A DNA stretch of 64,000 nucleotides, taken from positions 3,360,001 through 3,424,000 of the forward strand of contig CM000154.2 of NCBI GenBank assembly GCA_000004695.1, read 5' to 3'. Position 1 is the stretch's first letter. Every line of letters starts with the position of its first letter. The translations under genes and the position numbers were made by a program. The notes under the pieces are model-generated. The model was given only the letters and a program-made list of their open reading frames with translations. It made no database searches and was not told the origin of the DNA. This DNA comes from Dictyostelium discoideum (lineage: Eukaryota). This document shows, one piece after another, positions 1-13,200 of this stretch.

Positions 1-1664
1 GCATCACCTGCATGTCTATATTCTCTTCTAATCTTACTAGTTGGTGATTGACAACGATATTGATGTGGTACATATCGAAGTTGTATAAAACTAACTACCA
101 TCAATGCCAAGGCATATGATCCAATTCCACCAGTATATGTTTCATTTAAATTATTTTGATGTAAAAAGAATTTTATTATTAAAAGTAATGTTCTCATTGA
201 TTTATATTGCTGAAAAAAAATAAAATAAAATAAAATAAAAAAATATATTAGTATTATATTTTAAAAAAAAAACTAAATAATTTTTAAAATTATAAAAACT
301 TACTTTTAATAAACCTTTAACAACAGCAGTATTTTCAATACCATTTGGAGTATCAAAACAAATATCAATATTGTAGTGGGAATGAGAACTTGTCATTTTA
401 ATGATTGGAACTTTAGCACCGAAAATATTCCGTACATTTATGAAAGAGTCTTGATGATTTCTAATTATTATATCAAAGAGGTCTCTAATTGGATTTTGAT
501 TGTATTTATTTACACTTTCAGCATTGTTAATGCCAGAGATTTGAATATCAATATCACTGGAAGGAATGAATAGATTTGAAGAAAAGGAACCAAATACCAC
601 TACATTTGCTTTTGGCCAATTTGATTTAACTATAGCATCCAAATCTCTTATTATCTTTTGTCGTATTCTTGACTCCAACTCACTTGGTTCCAACCATTGT
701 GAAAACAATTCAATCTCTCTATTAAATGATAAACTTGATAAATCCTTACTGGTATAATGTCCTTCTAACCATAATGGAATATGAATTGGTTTTTCATTTC
801 TCTTATGGTGATTACCATGATTACCATGATATTTATTCTTTGAAAAATTAAATGTTGAATTATTATATGAAAATGGTTGACTATTGTACTGGTTATTGTT
901 ATTATTGTTATTATTATTGTTATTATTATTATTATTATTGTTATTATTATTATTATGGTTATTGGTGTTATTGTTATTATTTGAAAGCGTTTGTTTTTCT
1001 ACTGATGATTTTGAATTATCAAAAAGTGGTAAAAAGTTTTCTTGTGAAATATTATAAATTGGTTGTGGTTGTGGCTGTGGTTGTGTAGTAGTTGATGGTT
1101 GTGATGTTTGAATTGATTGAGGTTGTTGTGTGGTAGTTGGCAATTGGGTTGATGGTAGAGATGGTGATTGTGTTTGTGTTTGTGATGCAGATGATGAAGA
1201 AGATGATGAAGATGATGATGAAGATGATGATGTTTTCTTTGGTGATGGAGGTTGTGTCATTGAAGACTCTTTTTTATCATCTTCACTATCGTGAATCATT
1301 GAAAATTCTTTGTTAGAGTGGTGGTCATCAGTTTGGTTAATCTTTTCTTTTATCTTGTCAGTTGGTATTATATTTGGCTTTTGATATTTCTTTGGATAAG
1401 ATGGTGATTTTGAAAAAGAAGATGGTGAACTATTATTATTATTATTACTATTACTATTGTTATTGTTGTTATTGTTATTATTTTGTGTTATTGCTATGGA
1501 TGGTGATGGTGGAGATGATTTTGGTGATGGGGAATTCTCTGGAGATGAATTGGTTGGTGAAGATCTTTTAGATTTATTCTTTTTCTTTCTTCCATGATCT
1601 TTATCCTTATTTGATTCACGATTACTATCACGATCTTTTTCACGTCTATTATTATTATTATTAC

Positions 1665-1706
<42 letters not shown>

Positions 1707-2460
1707 TAGTGCTACTATTATTATTATTATTAATAGTACTACTATTATTATTATTATTATTATTACTACCAGTGCTACTATTATTACTATTATTATTATT
1801 ATTATTGTTATCACTGATATTATTATTTTCTTTGTTGTCTTTTAATGGTTCTTTACTATCTTTTTGTTGTTGCTGTTGTTGTTGGTGATCTTTATTATCT
1901 TTGTGTTGTTCTTTATCAGAAGATTGTTGTTGTTGTTGTTGTTGTTGGAGAATCTTTTGATTTAGTTCACTTGGGAGAATACCAGATAGACCTTGATTTG
2001 GTGGTGATGAAGATGGTGAAGTAGAAGCACTATTCTGACGAGGTTTCTTTCTTTTGAACATCGTGTTTGTTTGATTTAAGTCTATTGGTGACGATGAAGC
2101 TGGCGACGAAATTTTTGATATTATTGTTTTTACTCCACTATCTTTGTTTTCAAAAGTAGCAGATTTATTCTTATTATTATTATTATTGTTGTTGTTATTG
2201 TTATTATTATTGAGTTTAGTACTATTAATATTGTTATTTTTGTTGCTGTTATTGTTTGAAAGTTTTTTTGGTTGTTGTTTTTGTTGTTGACTATAATCTT
2301 GAGATTGGTTTCTATTATTTCTAGCCTTCTTTTTTATGTCTGTATTGTTATTATTTGTTTTATTTGGTAATCTATTATTTTTATTTACACTATTTTTTAA
2401 TCTATTATTTCGATAACAATAACAGACAACAATAATTGACAAATTGAATGTCGATAACAA
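1..2460 (-). CDS. Non-canonical poly(A) RNA polymerase / terminal nucleotidyltransferase of the Cid1/Trf4/GLD-2 family. Partial: the 3' exon runs off the window start. Exons: <1..209 and 304..2460, with an intron at 210..303 (GTAAGT...CAG). The first in-frame ATG is at 2061 and the ORF stays open upstream to 2460.
   Basis: Pol-beta nucleotidyltransferase motif VVFGSFSSNLFIPSSDIDI (GS...DxD) followed by AKVPIIKM, as in Trf4/Cid1. The spliced second exon encodes LLLIIKFFLHQNNLNETYTGGIGSYALALMVVSFIQL, which is the PAP-associated domain signature TGGLSSY. A long N/Q/S-rich N-terminal region precedes the catalytic domain. Confidence 0.7.
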
Positions 2461-2667
2461 TATGTAAAATGATATAATTAGTATCTCAATTTTTGATTTT
2501 ATTATAAGAAGAGGATTGTAAAACTACACTATTCTATTCGTTTCTATCCCTTTCTAAAAAAAAAAAATAAAAAAAAAAACAAAAGTGGGGGAAGAAGAGT
2601 TTTATTATTTTTTTTTTTTTTTTTTTTTTTTTTTCCTCTTTTTTTTTTTTTTCTTGGGTTAATTATT

Positions 2668-2703
<36 letters not shown>

Positions 2704-3044
2704 TTTTTTTTTTTTTTTTTTAAATTATATTTCCTTTTTATGTTATTGAGCAGATAGACTGGAAAGTTTTCTGTTTCAATTTAAACATATAAAAAAAAGA
2801 AAAAAAATAAAAAATAAAAAGAAAAAATAAATAAAAAAATAAAAAAGTTAAAAAAGATAGAAATTAAAAAAAAAAATAAAAAATAAAATAAAATAATATT
2901 AAAAAAAAAAATATATATTAACACAAAAATAAACAAAAACAAAAACAAAAAAAAAAAAAAAAAAAAAAAAAAACCAAAAGATACTATTAGGTGATTGTTA
3001 CAAAATAAAAGGAATAAAGAAGTATTGTATTTTGCTGATTTGTT

Positions 3045-3078
<34 letters not shown>

Positions 3079-3117
3079 TATATGTGAATGATAATAAAAT
3101 ATTTCTATTTTATTTTA

Positions 3118-3152
<35 letters not shown>

Positions 3153-3290
3153 GGTTTTTATTTTAAAAGTATTATTATGTGTAATTCATATATTCACAAA
3201 ATGTAATAGAATAAAATAAATTTTGCATATGTGTAGTGTCGGTTTGTTCAATTTAATTTATTTTTTTTTTTTTTTATTTTGTAAAAAAGT

Positions 3291-3326
<36 letters not shown>

Positions 3327-3651
3327 CTTTGCGATTGTGAGGTTTTATGAATGATATCTAACTATAAAAGTCACTTTTTTAATAATAAAAAAAATAAAAA
3401 TAAAGTGGATTTTTAAAAAAAAAAAAATATATGTTTAAAAAAAAAAAAATTTTTTTAAGCTTGATTTTTCAATAAAAAAAAAAAAGAAATATATGAAAAA
3501 AAACGATGAAAGTGCAATAAAAGGTAGCGATAGAAATAATAATAAAAATAAAAAATGGGTGAATTGATTATATAATGGTTGTCCATATTATTTTTTTAAT
3601 ATTAAAGGAAAAAAGAAAAAAAAAAACCAATAACACAAAATATGAAACTAA

Positions 3652-3690
3652 GGGTGTGGGTGGGAATGGTGTGGTGGGTGGGGTATATAA
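3652..3690. promoter_or_regulatory. G-rich 'G-box'-like island (GGGTGTGGGTGGGAATGGTGTGGTGGGTGGGG) immediately followed by TATATAA.
   Basis: Strong GC island within a 2.4-kb A/T-homopolymer intergenic region between two minus-strand genes. It resembles the GT/G-box elements of Dictyostelium developmental promoters and a TATA box follows it. Confidence 0.3.
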
Positions 3691-3918
3691 TTAATAATAT
3701 TATTATTATTATGTTTTGTTGTAAATATGTTTCTCCAAATTGGGTGTGATTATATTAAATCTTTGATTTAGGTATACAAGTCAAAAATAAAATAAAAATA
3801 AAATAAAAATAAAAATAAAAATAAAATAAAAATAAAATAAATTATAAAATCAATTACAATAATTATTAATTATTAATTTGGGTGTGGTATTATAATCTAC
3901 TACAAATTATTATAATTA

Positions 3919-3949
<31 letters not shown>

Positions 3950-4056
3950 ATTATTTAATTACTATATTGTTTATTATTATTATTATTATTATTTATCGAT
4001 GAAAAAAAAAAATATTACTCTGGCTATGAAAAATTTTATTTTTTTTTTATTTTTTT

Positions 4057-4097
<41 letters not shown>

Positions 4098-4349
4098 GGG
4101 AACCCACCCCTTTTTTTCATATGAAAAATTTGAAAAAGAATTGTATGACCATTTTAACGAGAGAAAATATTATTTAAATGGAATAGAAAAAGAATCTATT
4201 AAAAAAAAAAAAAAAAAAAAAAAAAGAAAAAAGATAGTAAATAAATAAATAAAAATTTTACTTACTTCTACAAATTGTTCGATTATTAAATGTTTTTTTT
4301 TTTTTTATTTTATTTTATTTAAATTTTTTAATTGCTATTTACTTATTTA

Positions 4350-4380
<31 letters not shown>

Positions 4381-4511
4381 AAAATATTTATTTTTACAAA
4401 ATTTTAATTTAATAGTTTTAAGCTGTTTTGTTTTAAATAAAAAAAAGTTTGAAAATAAAAAAATTTAAAAAAGGTTTTTCCTTTAGTTTGGGATTTTTTA
4501 AATGAAAGGGG

Positions 4512-4548
<37 letters not shown>

Positions 4549-4901
4549 CCCAAAAATTCAAAAATAATCGATTTTTTTTAATTTTTTTTTAATTTTTTTT
4601 TTTATTTTTTATTTTTTTAAATTTTTTATTATTTTTTTTTTTATTTTTTTTTTTTTTTTGATACATTTTGATTTTAAAAAAAAAACAATAGAAACTGGGA
4701 GAATTTCAAATAAAAAGTGTTTAAATTCTTTTTTTTTTTTTTTAATTTGAAAATTGTTTTTTTTTTTTTCCTTTTTTTTTTTAATTAATTAGCAATGTAC
4801 ATATCACAAATTTGGAAATTGGTAATATTAATAAATGTTGGAATTTTTTTTTTTTTTTTTTTTTTTTTTATTTTCTTAAATTAGTGATTTTAAAATTTTT
4901 A

Positions 4902-5005
4902 CTATAATTTACTATTTAATGTTTTTTTTTGATTCATATAAACAATATCAATTAATTGATTGATCACTTTTTGATATTCGCCTGGATTTTGATTAAAATG
5001 GGAGC

Positions 5006-5071
<66 letters not shown>

Positions 5072-5970
5072 GATTAATATCAAATACCTTTTCAATTAAA
5101 TATGTTTCAAAAGGATATTTAGAATAGGTATTTATTTGAGAGATTTGATTTCCATCATTATTATTAATTGCGGTAGTAGTAGTGGTAGAGGTAGTGGTGG
5201 TGGTGGAAATATGCTTAAGATTTGGTAAATTAAATTTCACACTTTTAATAAAAGAATTAATAAAATTTTGATTTTGAGTAGTATCATTTTTTGAGTGAAT
5301 AATTACATGATTCCAAGTATTTAAGGGTGATATTAAATATTTAAAATATGATTTATTTTTAAATCTATAATCACTAATATCTAAAAAAAATGGTTTATCA
5401 AATGATTGAAACATATCAATACCATCATTTAGTAATGGTAATGGATAATGATTATTATTATCAATTAATGAACCTCTAATAATTCTCATTAAATAAGAAT
5501 ATTGTTCATTTACTTGAATATATTTTAATAAAAATCCAAATAAAATTGAACCACTGGAAATTTGATGAAAACATAAAATCCTATGAAATCCATCATCACC
5601 TTGGAAATAATTATCAATAAATTTTACAATTTCTATAATTCCATCTTCACAATTATCACTTAAATTATTACTATAATTATAAATTAATTTTAATATTATT
5701 ATAATTATTTTTATTATTTGAATATTGTTTTTTTTATTTTTTAATTTTTTTTTTTATTATTTTTTTTATTAATTTTTTTTTTTTTTTTTTGTTTAATAAT
5801 AAACTTACTTACATTGGTGAACATTTTAAACAATTAAAACCTCTTTCAATCCAATGACATGAAATTATTTCCAAATTAGGATCATTACTACCAGTTAATA
5901 AAACAACAACTGGTAGTTCTTTTTCATATTTTTTATAACAAAAAGGATTTTTTATATAGTTAATTTCCAT
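4902..5970 (-). CDS. DUF829/TMEM53-like protein, 2 exons (5813..5970 and 4902..5670; intron 5671..5812). Contains an internal poly-Asn tract.
   Basis: ATG at 5970 (MEINYIKNPF...). The donor is aat|GTAAGT (phase 2) and the acceptor TATAG restores the frame of ORF 4902..5489. Motif LPVVVLLTGSNDPNLEIISCHWIERGFNCL resembles the TMEM53 N-terminus PVVILLGWGGCKDKNLAKY...RGC. The C-terminus NPGEYQKVINQLIDIV is shared with the neighbouring gene. Confidence 0.55.
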
Positions 5971-6120
5971 TATACACTTAAATATATTTATATGATAATA
6001 GAAAAAAAAAAAAAAAAAACAAATAAAATAAAATTTTAAAAAAAAAAAATATAAAATAATTAATCATTATTTATTAATAAAAAAAAAAAAAAAAAAAAAT
6101 TATTCATATTTTTAATTTTT

Positions 6121-6250
6121 TAAGATGTTTGGGAGAGTGTGGTGGTGTTAGAATTAGATAAAAACATTTTTTTTTTTTCATTACGAATAAAATATATTAG
6201 ATAATTATTTGGAGTGTTTGAGGAGTGTGAGGAGTGTGGTGGCGATTGTA
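6121..6250. promoter_or_regulatory. GT-box cluster (GTTTGGGAGAGTGTGGTGGTG ... GGAGTGTTTGAGGAGTGTGAGGAGTGTGGTGGCG) 150-280 bp upstream of the DUF829 gene start at 5970.
   Basis: Repeated GAGTGTG/GTGGTG motifs in an otherwise AT-only spacer, positioned as a proximal promoter for the minus-strand gene. Confidence 0.3.
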
Positions 6251-6497
6251 TGATTTACTTTTATATCTTTCCAAACATTTGTTTTTTGTTTTGTTTTTTT
6301 TTTTTTTTAAAAAATTATAATTTTGTTATGTACAATCAATTATTATTTATTTTTTTTATTTATTTTTTTTGACAGATAAAAAATTCAAAAATAGAAAAAA
6401 CAGATAAAGTTTTGTTTAACCACTAGTGGTTACATATCTTTTTTTTTTTTTTTTTTTTTGACGACACTTCATGTTTTCAAATATTAAAAAGGGTTTT

Positions 6498-6542
<45 letters not shown>

Positions 6543-6558
6543 TAATAATATTTTTTAA

Positions 6559-7081
6559 TTATAAATATAAACAATTTCCCAAAGCTATAAAGTCATTTAT
6601 AGTTTTTTTATATTCTTCAGGGTGATTTTTAAAATGAAGAGCATGTTTTGAATCAAAAGTTTTTCTTTGTATTTGTCTATTTGAATTATTAACAGAGTTT
6701 TTAAATAATTCAACAAACAAATCAGAGGTATTTGGAAAGAAATCATCATATTCCCCACTAATTACTAAATAATTCCAACCATAATCATTGCTTAAAAAAT
6801 GTGGGAAATCATATTTACAATAGTATCTCCATTTTGATTTAAAAACTGGGAATATAGAAGCAAGAATATAACCAAATACACCTTTTTCTTTCATTGTTTT
6901 TGCAAGTCCTCTAAAAACTTCGGCTTCATTAATTATCATACCACTATCCAAAACAATAGATTTTATCATTGGTAATATATATTTATATTTCCCATTTTCA
7001 AAACTATTTAAACTTTTAATAAATGACCCAATATAACATGTTCCAACACTAAATAAAAAAATTAGAATATTAGTAGATGAA

Positions 7082-7112
<31 letters not shown>

Positions 7113-7387
7113 ATTTACCTAATTCCATGAAGATAAATAGTTTTTGAAGTATTTTTATTATTATTTAAATACTTATGAATTTCTTTAATTAAATTTTTAA
7201 CTTCCATTCTTAATAAAATTGTTGAAAAATCTAATGGAGGAATATTAACAAACACATCACAACCTTCCCAAATTTTACAAAACTTTTCCATTATTTTTTT
7301 ATTTGAACTTATAAATCCAAATATTACAACAAGTGGTTTTGTTTCATTTTGAAAAGAGTTTGAAGGGCGGAATATTAAGTCAAACAT
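6559..7387 (-). CDS. DUF829/TMEM53-like protein, tandem paralogue of 4902..5970. 2 exons: 7109..7387 and 6559..7048, with an intron at 7049..7108.
   Basis: MFDLIFRPSNSFQNETKPLVVIFGFISSNKKIMEKFCKIWEGCDVFV matches the TMEM53 N-terminus (PVVILLGW...KY...GC.V). The donor is ag|GTAAAT and the acceptor TTTAG gives an in-frame join (...LHGI-S-VGTCYIGSF...). The C-terminal NHPEEYKKTINDFI parallels NPGEYQKVINQLI of the neighbour. Confidence 0.55.
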
Positions 7388-7623
7388 TTTGAATTTCCTA
7401 TTTTATAAAATATAAATAAAAATTTATTCTATTTTTTTTTTCTTGTTTCCTTTTATATATTTTTTTTTTCTTTTTTTTATTATTAATTAATAAATCAATT
7501 TAAGGGGATTAGTATTTGTTTATTATATTAAATAATACGTAAAAACAAATTGTAGTAGTAGATAAAAATTAATAAATTTAGAAATATATTTTTTTTTTTT
7601 TTAAAATTACTCCCGAGATTCGG

Positions 7624-7666
<43 letters not shown>

Positions 7667-7898
7667 AAAAAAAAAAAAGGGATAGGCTTTACTAAAATAT
7701 AAAATAAAAAATAAATCTTTAATGGCAGTAGTTATAAATTTTTTATTTATTTTATTAATTTCATCTTAAGTAGGCGTTATTTTATATGGGTAAAAGCGAC
7801 TAACAACATTAATGGTTCATTATTATTTCCGAAATATTTTTTATATTCCCATTATTTTTTTTATTTTATTTATTTAATTTATTTTTTTTTATTTTTCA

Positions 7899-7943
7899 TT
7901 AATTTATTTTTAATTTGTTTGATGAAGACGAAAAATTTAAGGG

Positions 7944-7998
<55 letters not shown>

Positions 7999-8837
7999 AA
8001 ATTATTATTATTATTAGTATTTGAAATACTAATGTCACCAAATTCAAAAGCTTTAATTAAAACTATTAGGTTTGACATGAATTGTGTATATTGTTCTAGT
8101 GTGAATTCTTGGTCACTGAAACGAGCTTTTTCATAGGTGTCAATATAATGATTTGCATGATGTCTATCCAATTGAGGACACTGTTCCAATAAGAATTCTA
8201 CGTAATCTCTAATACAGGATTTAGGATCTTTCTTTAGGTGGGAACTATAATGAGTTGCAGCACTCTCTAAAACGATCCAACTCTTTGAAATCGATGTTTT
8301 AAAATGTACTTTACTATACTCTGAATTTGGTGGACCCCAACCTAAATGACCGATATTGGATGCGACTGAATTACCACCAATCATAGTGGGTTCAATCTTT
8401 GATTGAATTTGTTTCGATCTAACTATTTCATTTAAAATTATAGTTCTCTGTTTATTCGATAAATCACCTGGTCTTAAAAATGGCATAATCTTTCTTGGAA
8501 TTCTATCAATCATTCTATTCTTTAATCTAATTCTAACTTGTATTAATGAAAATGATAAAAATAACTATATATAGTAATTTATTAGTTAATAATTTATAGT
8601 TTTATTATTATAATAATAATAATTACATACCATTATACCAACAACAAATATAATAATTAGAAAATGTTGAAATGAAAACTTTCCAAATTCATTACTGGTA
8701 CTACTGCTACTACTATTACTACTACTATTATTATTATTTGATGTTACTTGTTCAGTTTTTGCATTAACGAATCCATTGTTTATTATTGTAAAAAATAAAA
8801 TACAACATGTAATAAATACAATTTTAAATTTATTCAT
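7899..8837 (-). CDS. Small type I membrane protein (signal peptide, Ser-rich ectodomain, one TM helix, ~200-aa cytoplasmic domain of unknown function with an Asn-rich tail). 2 exons: 8631..8837 and 7899..8564, intron 8565..8630.
   Basis: N-terminal MNKFKIVFITCCILFFTIINNGFVNA signal peptide. Hydrophobic FQHFLIIIFVVGIM spans the GTATGT donor. The acceptor TATATAG joins in frame to LFLSFSLIQVRIRLKNR-MIDRIPRK... (the listed M at 8513 is internal). Confidence 0.5.
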
Positions 8838-9166
8838 TTATAATTGAAAATTCTATAAATATATTTATATATACTTATAACACTAAATATTTTATTAAAT
8901 TACATATCTTTTAAAAAAATATTTAAATATTTTTTAAAATTATAATATAGTTGTATATATTTATATTTATATATATAAAAAGTTATAAGTTATGCATGGA
9001 GGAGTTTTAAAAATAATAAAAACAAAAAAAAAAATTTCAAATTTTTTTTTTTTTTTTATTTTTTTATTTTTTAATTTTTTTTTAATTTTCCATTTTTTTT
9101 TTTTTTTTTTCAAACAATTAAATACATATAAATATTTATACAAACACATAAAACATATAAAAAAAA

Positions 9167-9910
9167 ATGGGTGGTAAAAAATTTGGTACCAATTCAAAAG
9201 CAGAAGAAGCTCGTTCAAAGAAAGCAGAAGTTAAAAAGAATGAAAATGAAAAGAAACAAAGAGATAAAGAGGATAAAATGTGGGAAGAAACAGATACAAA
9301 AATTTTAGATAAACAAAAAAAACAAAAAGAAAAAGAGGAAAAAGCAAGAGAAGATGCAAAAAAGAAACAAGAAGCAAAAGAATTATTACAACAAGAAGAT
9401 AAAGAAATTAAAGAAAGATATGGTAAACCATCAGATACTAAAGTAACTCGTTTTGAAATTCAACAAAAGAGAGATAAAGAACAAAAACAAAGAGAAAAAG
9501 AACTTGCTTCAAGACCATCCGATCCAAGAGTTGTTGTAGTTCCAACAACAACAACAACAACAACAACTACAACTACAACTACCACTGGATCTGATGATCA
9601 TGAAGAAGAAGATTTTAACCTTGAAGAGAATATGAATCATATTTTACGTGAACAAAGATTGAAAGATGGTAAAGATGTTATTGATGCTAGAGATATTAAT
9701 GAAGCAATTGGTGCTTTATCAGGTAATGATGGAAAAGAACAACACCCAGAACGTAGAATGAAAGCTGCTTTCAATGCATATGAAGAAGAGAATTTACCAG
9801 TACTTAGAAAAGAAAATCCATCACTTCGTTTAACTCAAGTTAAACAATTGCTTTGGAAAAATTGGTTAAAAGCACCAGAGAATCCTTTCAATCAAGTTGG
9901 TTCTCAATAA
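9167..9910 (+). CDS. Coiled-coil domain-containing protein 124 (CCDC124/Lso2 family) homologue, intronless.
   Basis: Lys/Glu-rich coiled-coil N-terminus, then the conserved C-terminal Ccdc124 block HPERRMKAAFNAYEEENLPVLRKENPSLRLTQVKQLLWKNWLKAPENPFNQ. Confidence 0.75.
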   Translation: MGGKKFGTNSKAEEARSKKAEVKKNENEKKQRDKEDKMWEETDTKILDKQKKQKEKEEKAREDAKKKQEAKELLQQEDKEIKERYGKPSDTKVTRFEIQQKRDKEQKQREKELASRPSDPRVVVVPTTTTTTTTTTTTTTGSDDHEEEDFNLEENMNHILREQRLKDGKDVIDARDINEAIGALSGNDGKEQHPERRMKAAFNAYEEENLPVLRKENPSLRLTQVKQLLWKNWLKAPENPFNQVGSQ

Positions 9911-10228
9911 TAGGGGTCAATTTTTTTTTTTTTTTTTTTAAAAAAATTAAAAATAACCCAATCACTCACATATTAATAAATTAACTAGTAGTAGGTATTA
10001 TATTATTGTTGGTCGAAAAGAGAGAAAAAATAAAGAAAAAAAATAACAGAAAAAAAACAGAAAAAAAGAAATACAAATTTTTTCATTTTCCCAACCTCTC
10101 TCTCTCTCTTTTTCTTTAATCACAACTACAACAACAACAACAACCATACATATCACTCCTCCAGGTATAATAAAAAAAAAAAAAAATAAAAAAAAAAAAA
10201 AAAATAAAATAAAATATTAATAATTAGT

Positions 10229-13200
10229 TTATTTAATTTTTATATATTTTAAAATTAAATTATACATTTCATTAAAACCTTGATTTTTAATATCATTAAT
10301 GAGTTCTTGATCAATTATTATACTATTTAATAATACATCTTTATGGTTTTCTAATAAATAATTGGAAATTAATTTACAATTCTTTGCGAATGGATTAATT
10401 TCAAAATTACCGAATAATAAATTACTAATACCTTTAGCATAATTTGAAATAATAAAATTTGTTATATCAATTCTTTCTAAAAGTATTGCCCATTTTAATA
10501 ATTTATCGATTGAAAATTCTTCTAAATCTAATTTCACCAATTCATTAATTACATCTTGAAAAGGAATTTTAAAAATACCACTTTTAAAAAATGATTTTAT
10601 AATTTCAGTTGATTGAAATTTAATTTCATGAGAAATTTTAAAAGAGTCAATATTATCTTTTAATAATGATATTGCCAATTGAGGTTCATTGATTGTTAAT
10701 AAATAACGCACACTTTTTCCATTACAAACTGGTTGAAAATAAATTTTCATTAATTCAATAACCAATAAATTAAATGAAGAATTTTTGATAAAATTAAATG
10801 AATGACCTTTATAAAAAAAGAAATGTTTTCCATAATGTGTCTTTTTTGAGAATATTGCAGATCTTGATAAATCTCTTGATGCTGGATCTTTAAGAAAAAT
10901 ATTTGATAATTTTTTATTCTTTAAATTGTAAAAGTAAAATGTATGATAGTATCCAATTGATAATGTAATGGAATTAATATCACATAATTCAATAATAAAT
11001 TCAATTTGTTGTAATGTAACATTTTTACTTTGAACTAAAAAATCAAATAGAATTTGAATCATTTCAATTGTTGTGAAATTATTAATTTCTCTTTTATCAA
11101 CTTTTTTTAATAATTGTTCAATAATTTCAATAATATCAAAAGAGTTTAAATCATTGGTTTTAATTTCACCAGTTGGAAGATTATAAATTGTAAATTCTTG
11201 ATTAAAAATTATATCTCTATCACTTGACAATGAAAAATAATTAAAAACTGTGAATGTTGTAATTTCATTTAATATATATTTAATTATTTTTAAACGATCA
11301 TTAAAATTAAAAGATTGTTTGAATAGGATTTCACAAATTATAATTGATGATTGGTTTTCAAATAAAGAGAATGCAATCTCTTTAAATGATGGGCAATTTT
11401 CAATTAATTTATCAATATTTGAAAATGAATTGAATAAACCAATAAAAAATGAACTAATACCATTTTCATTAAATAAATTTGTAAAATTAATTTCATTCAA
11501 ATAATTTAAAGTTTCATCTACCTTTTTATACATTTCCTCAGTGCATTTTCCTTGATTATCAAATGTGAAGGTTTTATTATCACCACCAATTTTAGCAAAT
11601 TTAATAATTTTCATTATTTCTTTAATACTTTCTAAATCAAAATTATTTAATAATTTTAAAAGATAATTATTGAATAATTCTTTTGGTGCATTTGGATAAT
11701 TTAATATTGCTTGTTTAACAATATCCACAGAGTTAATTACAAATGATAATGATTTGTAAAAATTTGAATAATTTGGATTATCATTATCATTTGAAGATAA
11801 TTGTGATGGTAAAAATAAATCATCCAATACTTTTAAATGATTAAATTGTGAAACAGAATCAATTTTAAAATTTGATTTTAAACCAATTAAATAATCTGAA
11901 AATTTAAATGATTTGATTGAAAAGAATAATGAGTATTCATCATCATCATCATTACCTGCATTACCATCATTATCTTCCTCTTGTTTAGATTTTAATAAAT
12001 TAATTAATTTTACCATTTGTGAAGGACAATTAAGATCAAAAGAGTATAATAATTTTGAAATTAATTTTAAAGGAAAATCAGGTACACTTTCAATTATTTC
12101 TTTTAATACATTAAATTCGCAAAATTTTAATATTGCAGATATAATGTATAACCAACCATTATATTTCATTGAAAAGTGATTATCATTTTTGAAATAAAGT
12201 TTACTAAATTCTATTACCAAGTTTGGGCTTTCAAGTAAAACTTGTTGGTTTGGGAAAAATACTAAAACTCCATTGAATCTAAAAGATGTTTCAATTAAAT
12301 ACTTTAAACCATTGATTGAAAACATTGAAAATGTATATGATACTACACTTTCACTATCGATTAAATCAAAATCATCATCATATTCACAAAGATATGAAAA
12401 ACTAAAATCTTGATGAGTTAACTCTTGTGTTAATTTTAATTTTAGAAATTTTAATTTCTCTTTTTCACATTTTAAATCTTTTATCATTTCATTAACTATT
12501 TGATCAACTTTTTTTGTATCAACCAATAAATCATTAGATTTGTAGACACATTTATATAAGAATATAAAATCATCTAAACTATAATTATTATAGTTATTTA
12601 CAACAATTGAACTTGGAAAACTCTTTTTAAAATTAATAAAACCATTAAGGAATAGTTTAATTTGTAAATCCCTATGAGCCGAGTCAAGTTTTATTATAGT
12701 TTCCAAAGGGATACTATACATTGTATCACTTATTGAATCCTCTTTTTTTGGATACAGTTCTGGATAATTATTATAAATCACCGATATAAATCCAAAATCT
12801 TCTTCTCCTTTTTCTTTTGAAAGAAATCTATATAATAATTGATTTTTTAATAAATCAATATCACTTTGTTGATTACTTTCTTTTAATGCCAAATATACAA
12901 TTTCAAAAATTTGCATTGAAGTTATATAAAATTCACTATCATATGAATTTATTTGATTAAATTGAATTGGTAATTTCATTCCAGTTTCTTCATCAATATA
13001 ATTAATGAAATATTTTAATGAAATTTCATTTTCACACTCTATTGATTGATTAATCGGATCAATTATTGAATTGATTTCTTCTTTTTTAAATTTATATAAT
13101 AATTTGATTGTATCTAAATCTTCATTACAATATTTAAAAAATTTTGATAATCCTTTTTTATCAATTCTTATATATTGATTACTAATTAATTTATCTTTTA

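Noticed and set aside
1494-1814. Poly-Ile/Leu/Lys/Phe ORFs arising from (AAT)n/(ATT)n and homopolymer tracts (for example 1494..1814-, 8967..9218, 18323..18526, 42929..43195, 44193..44866, 56475..56807, 61375..61694, 40375..40677, 51500..51818).
   Set aside because: They are translations of simple-sequence DNA, antisense or out of frame to real genes, with no complexity.
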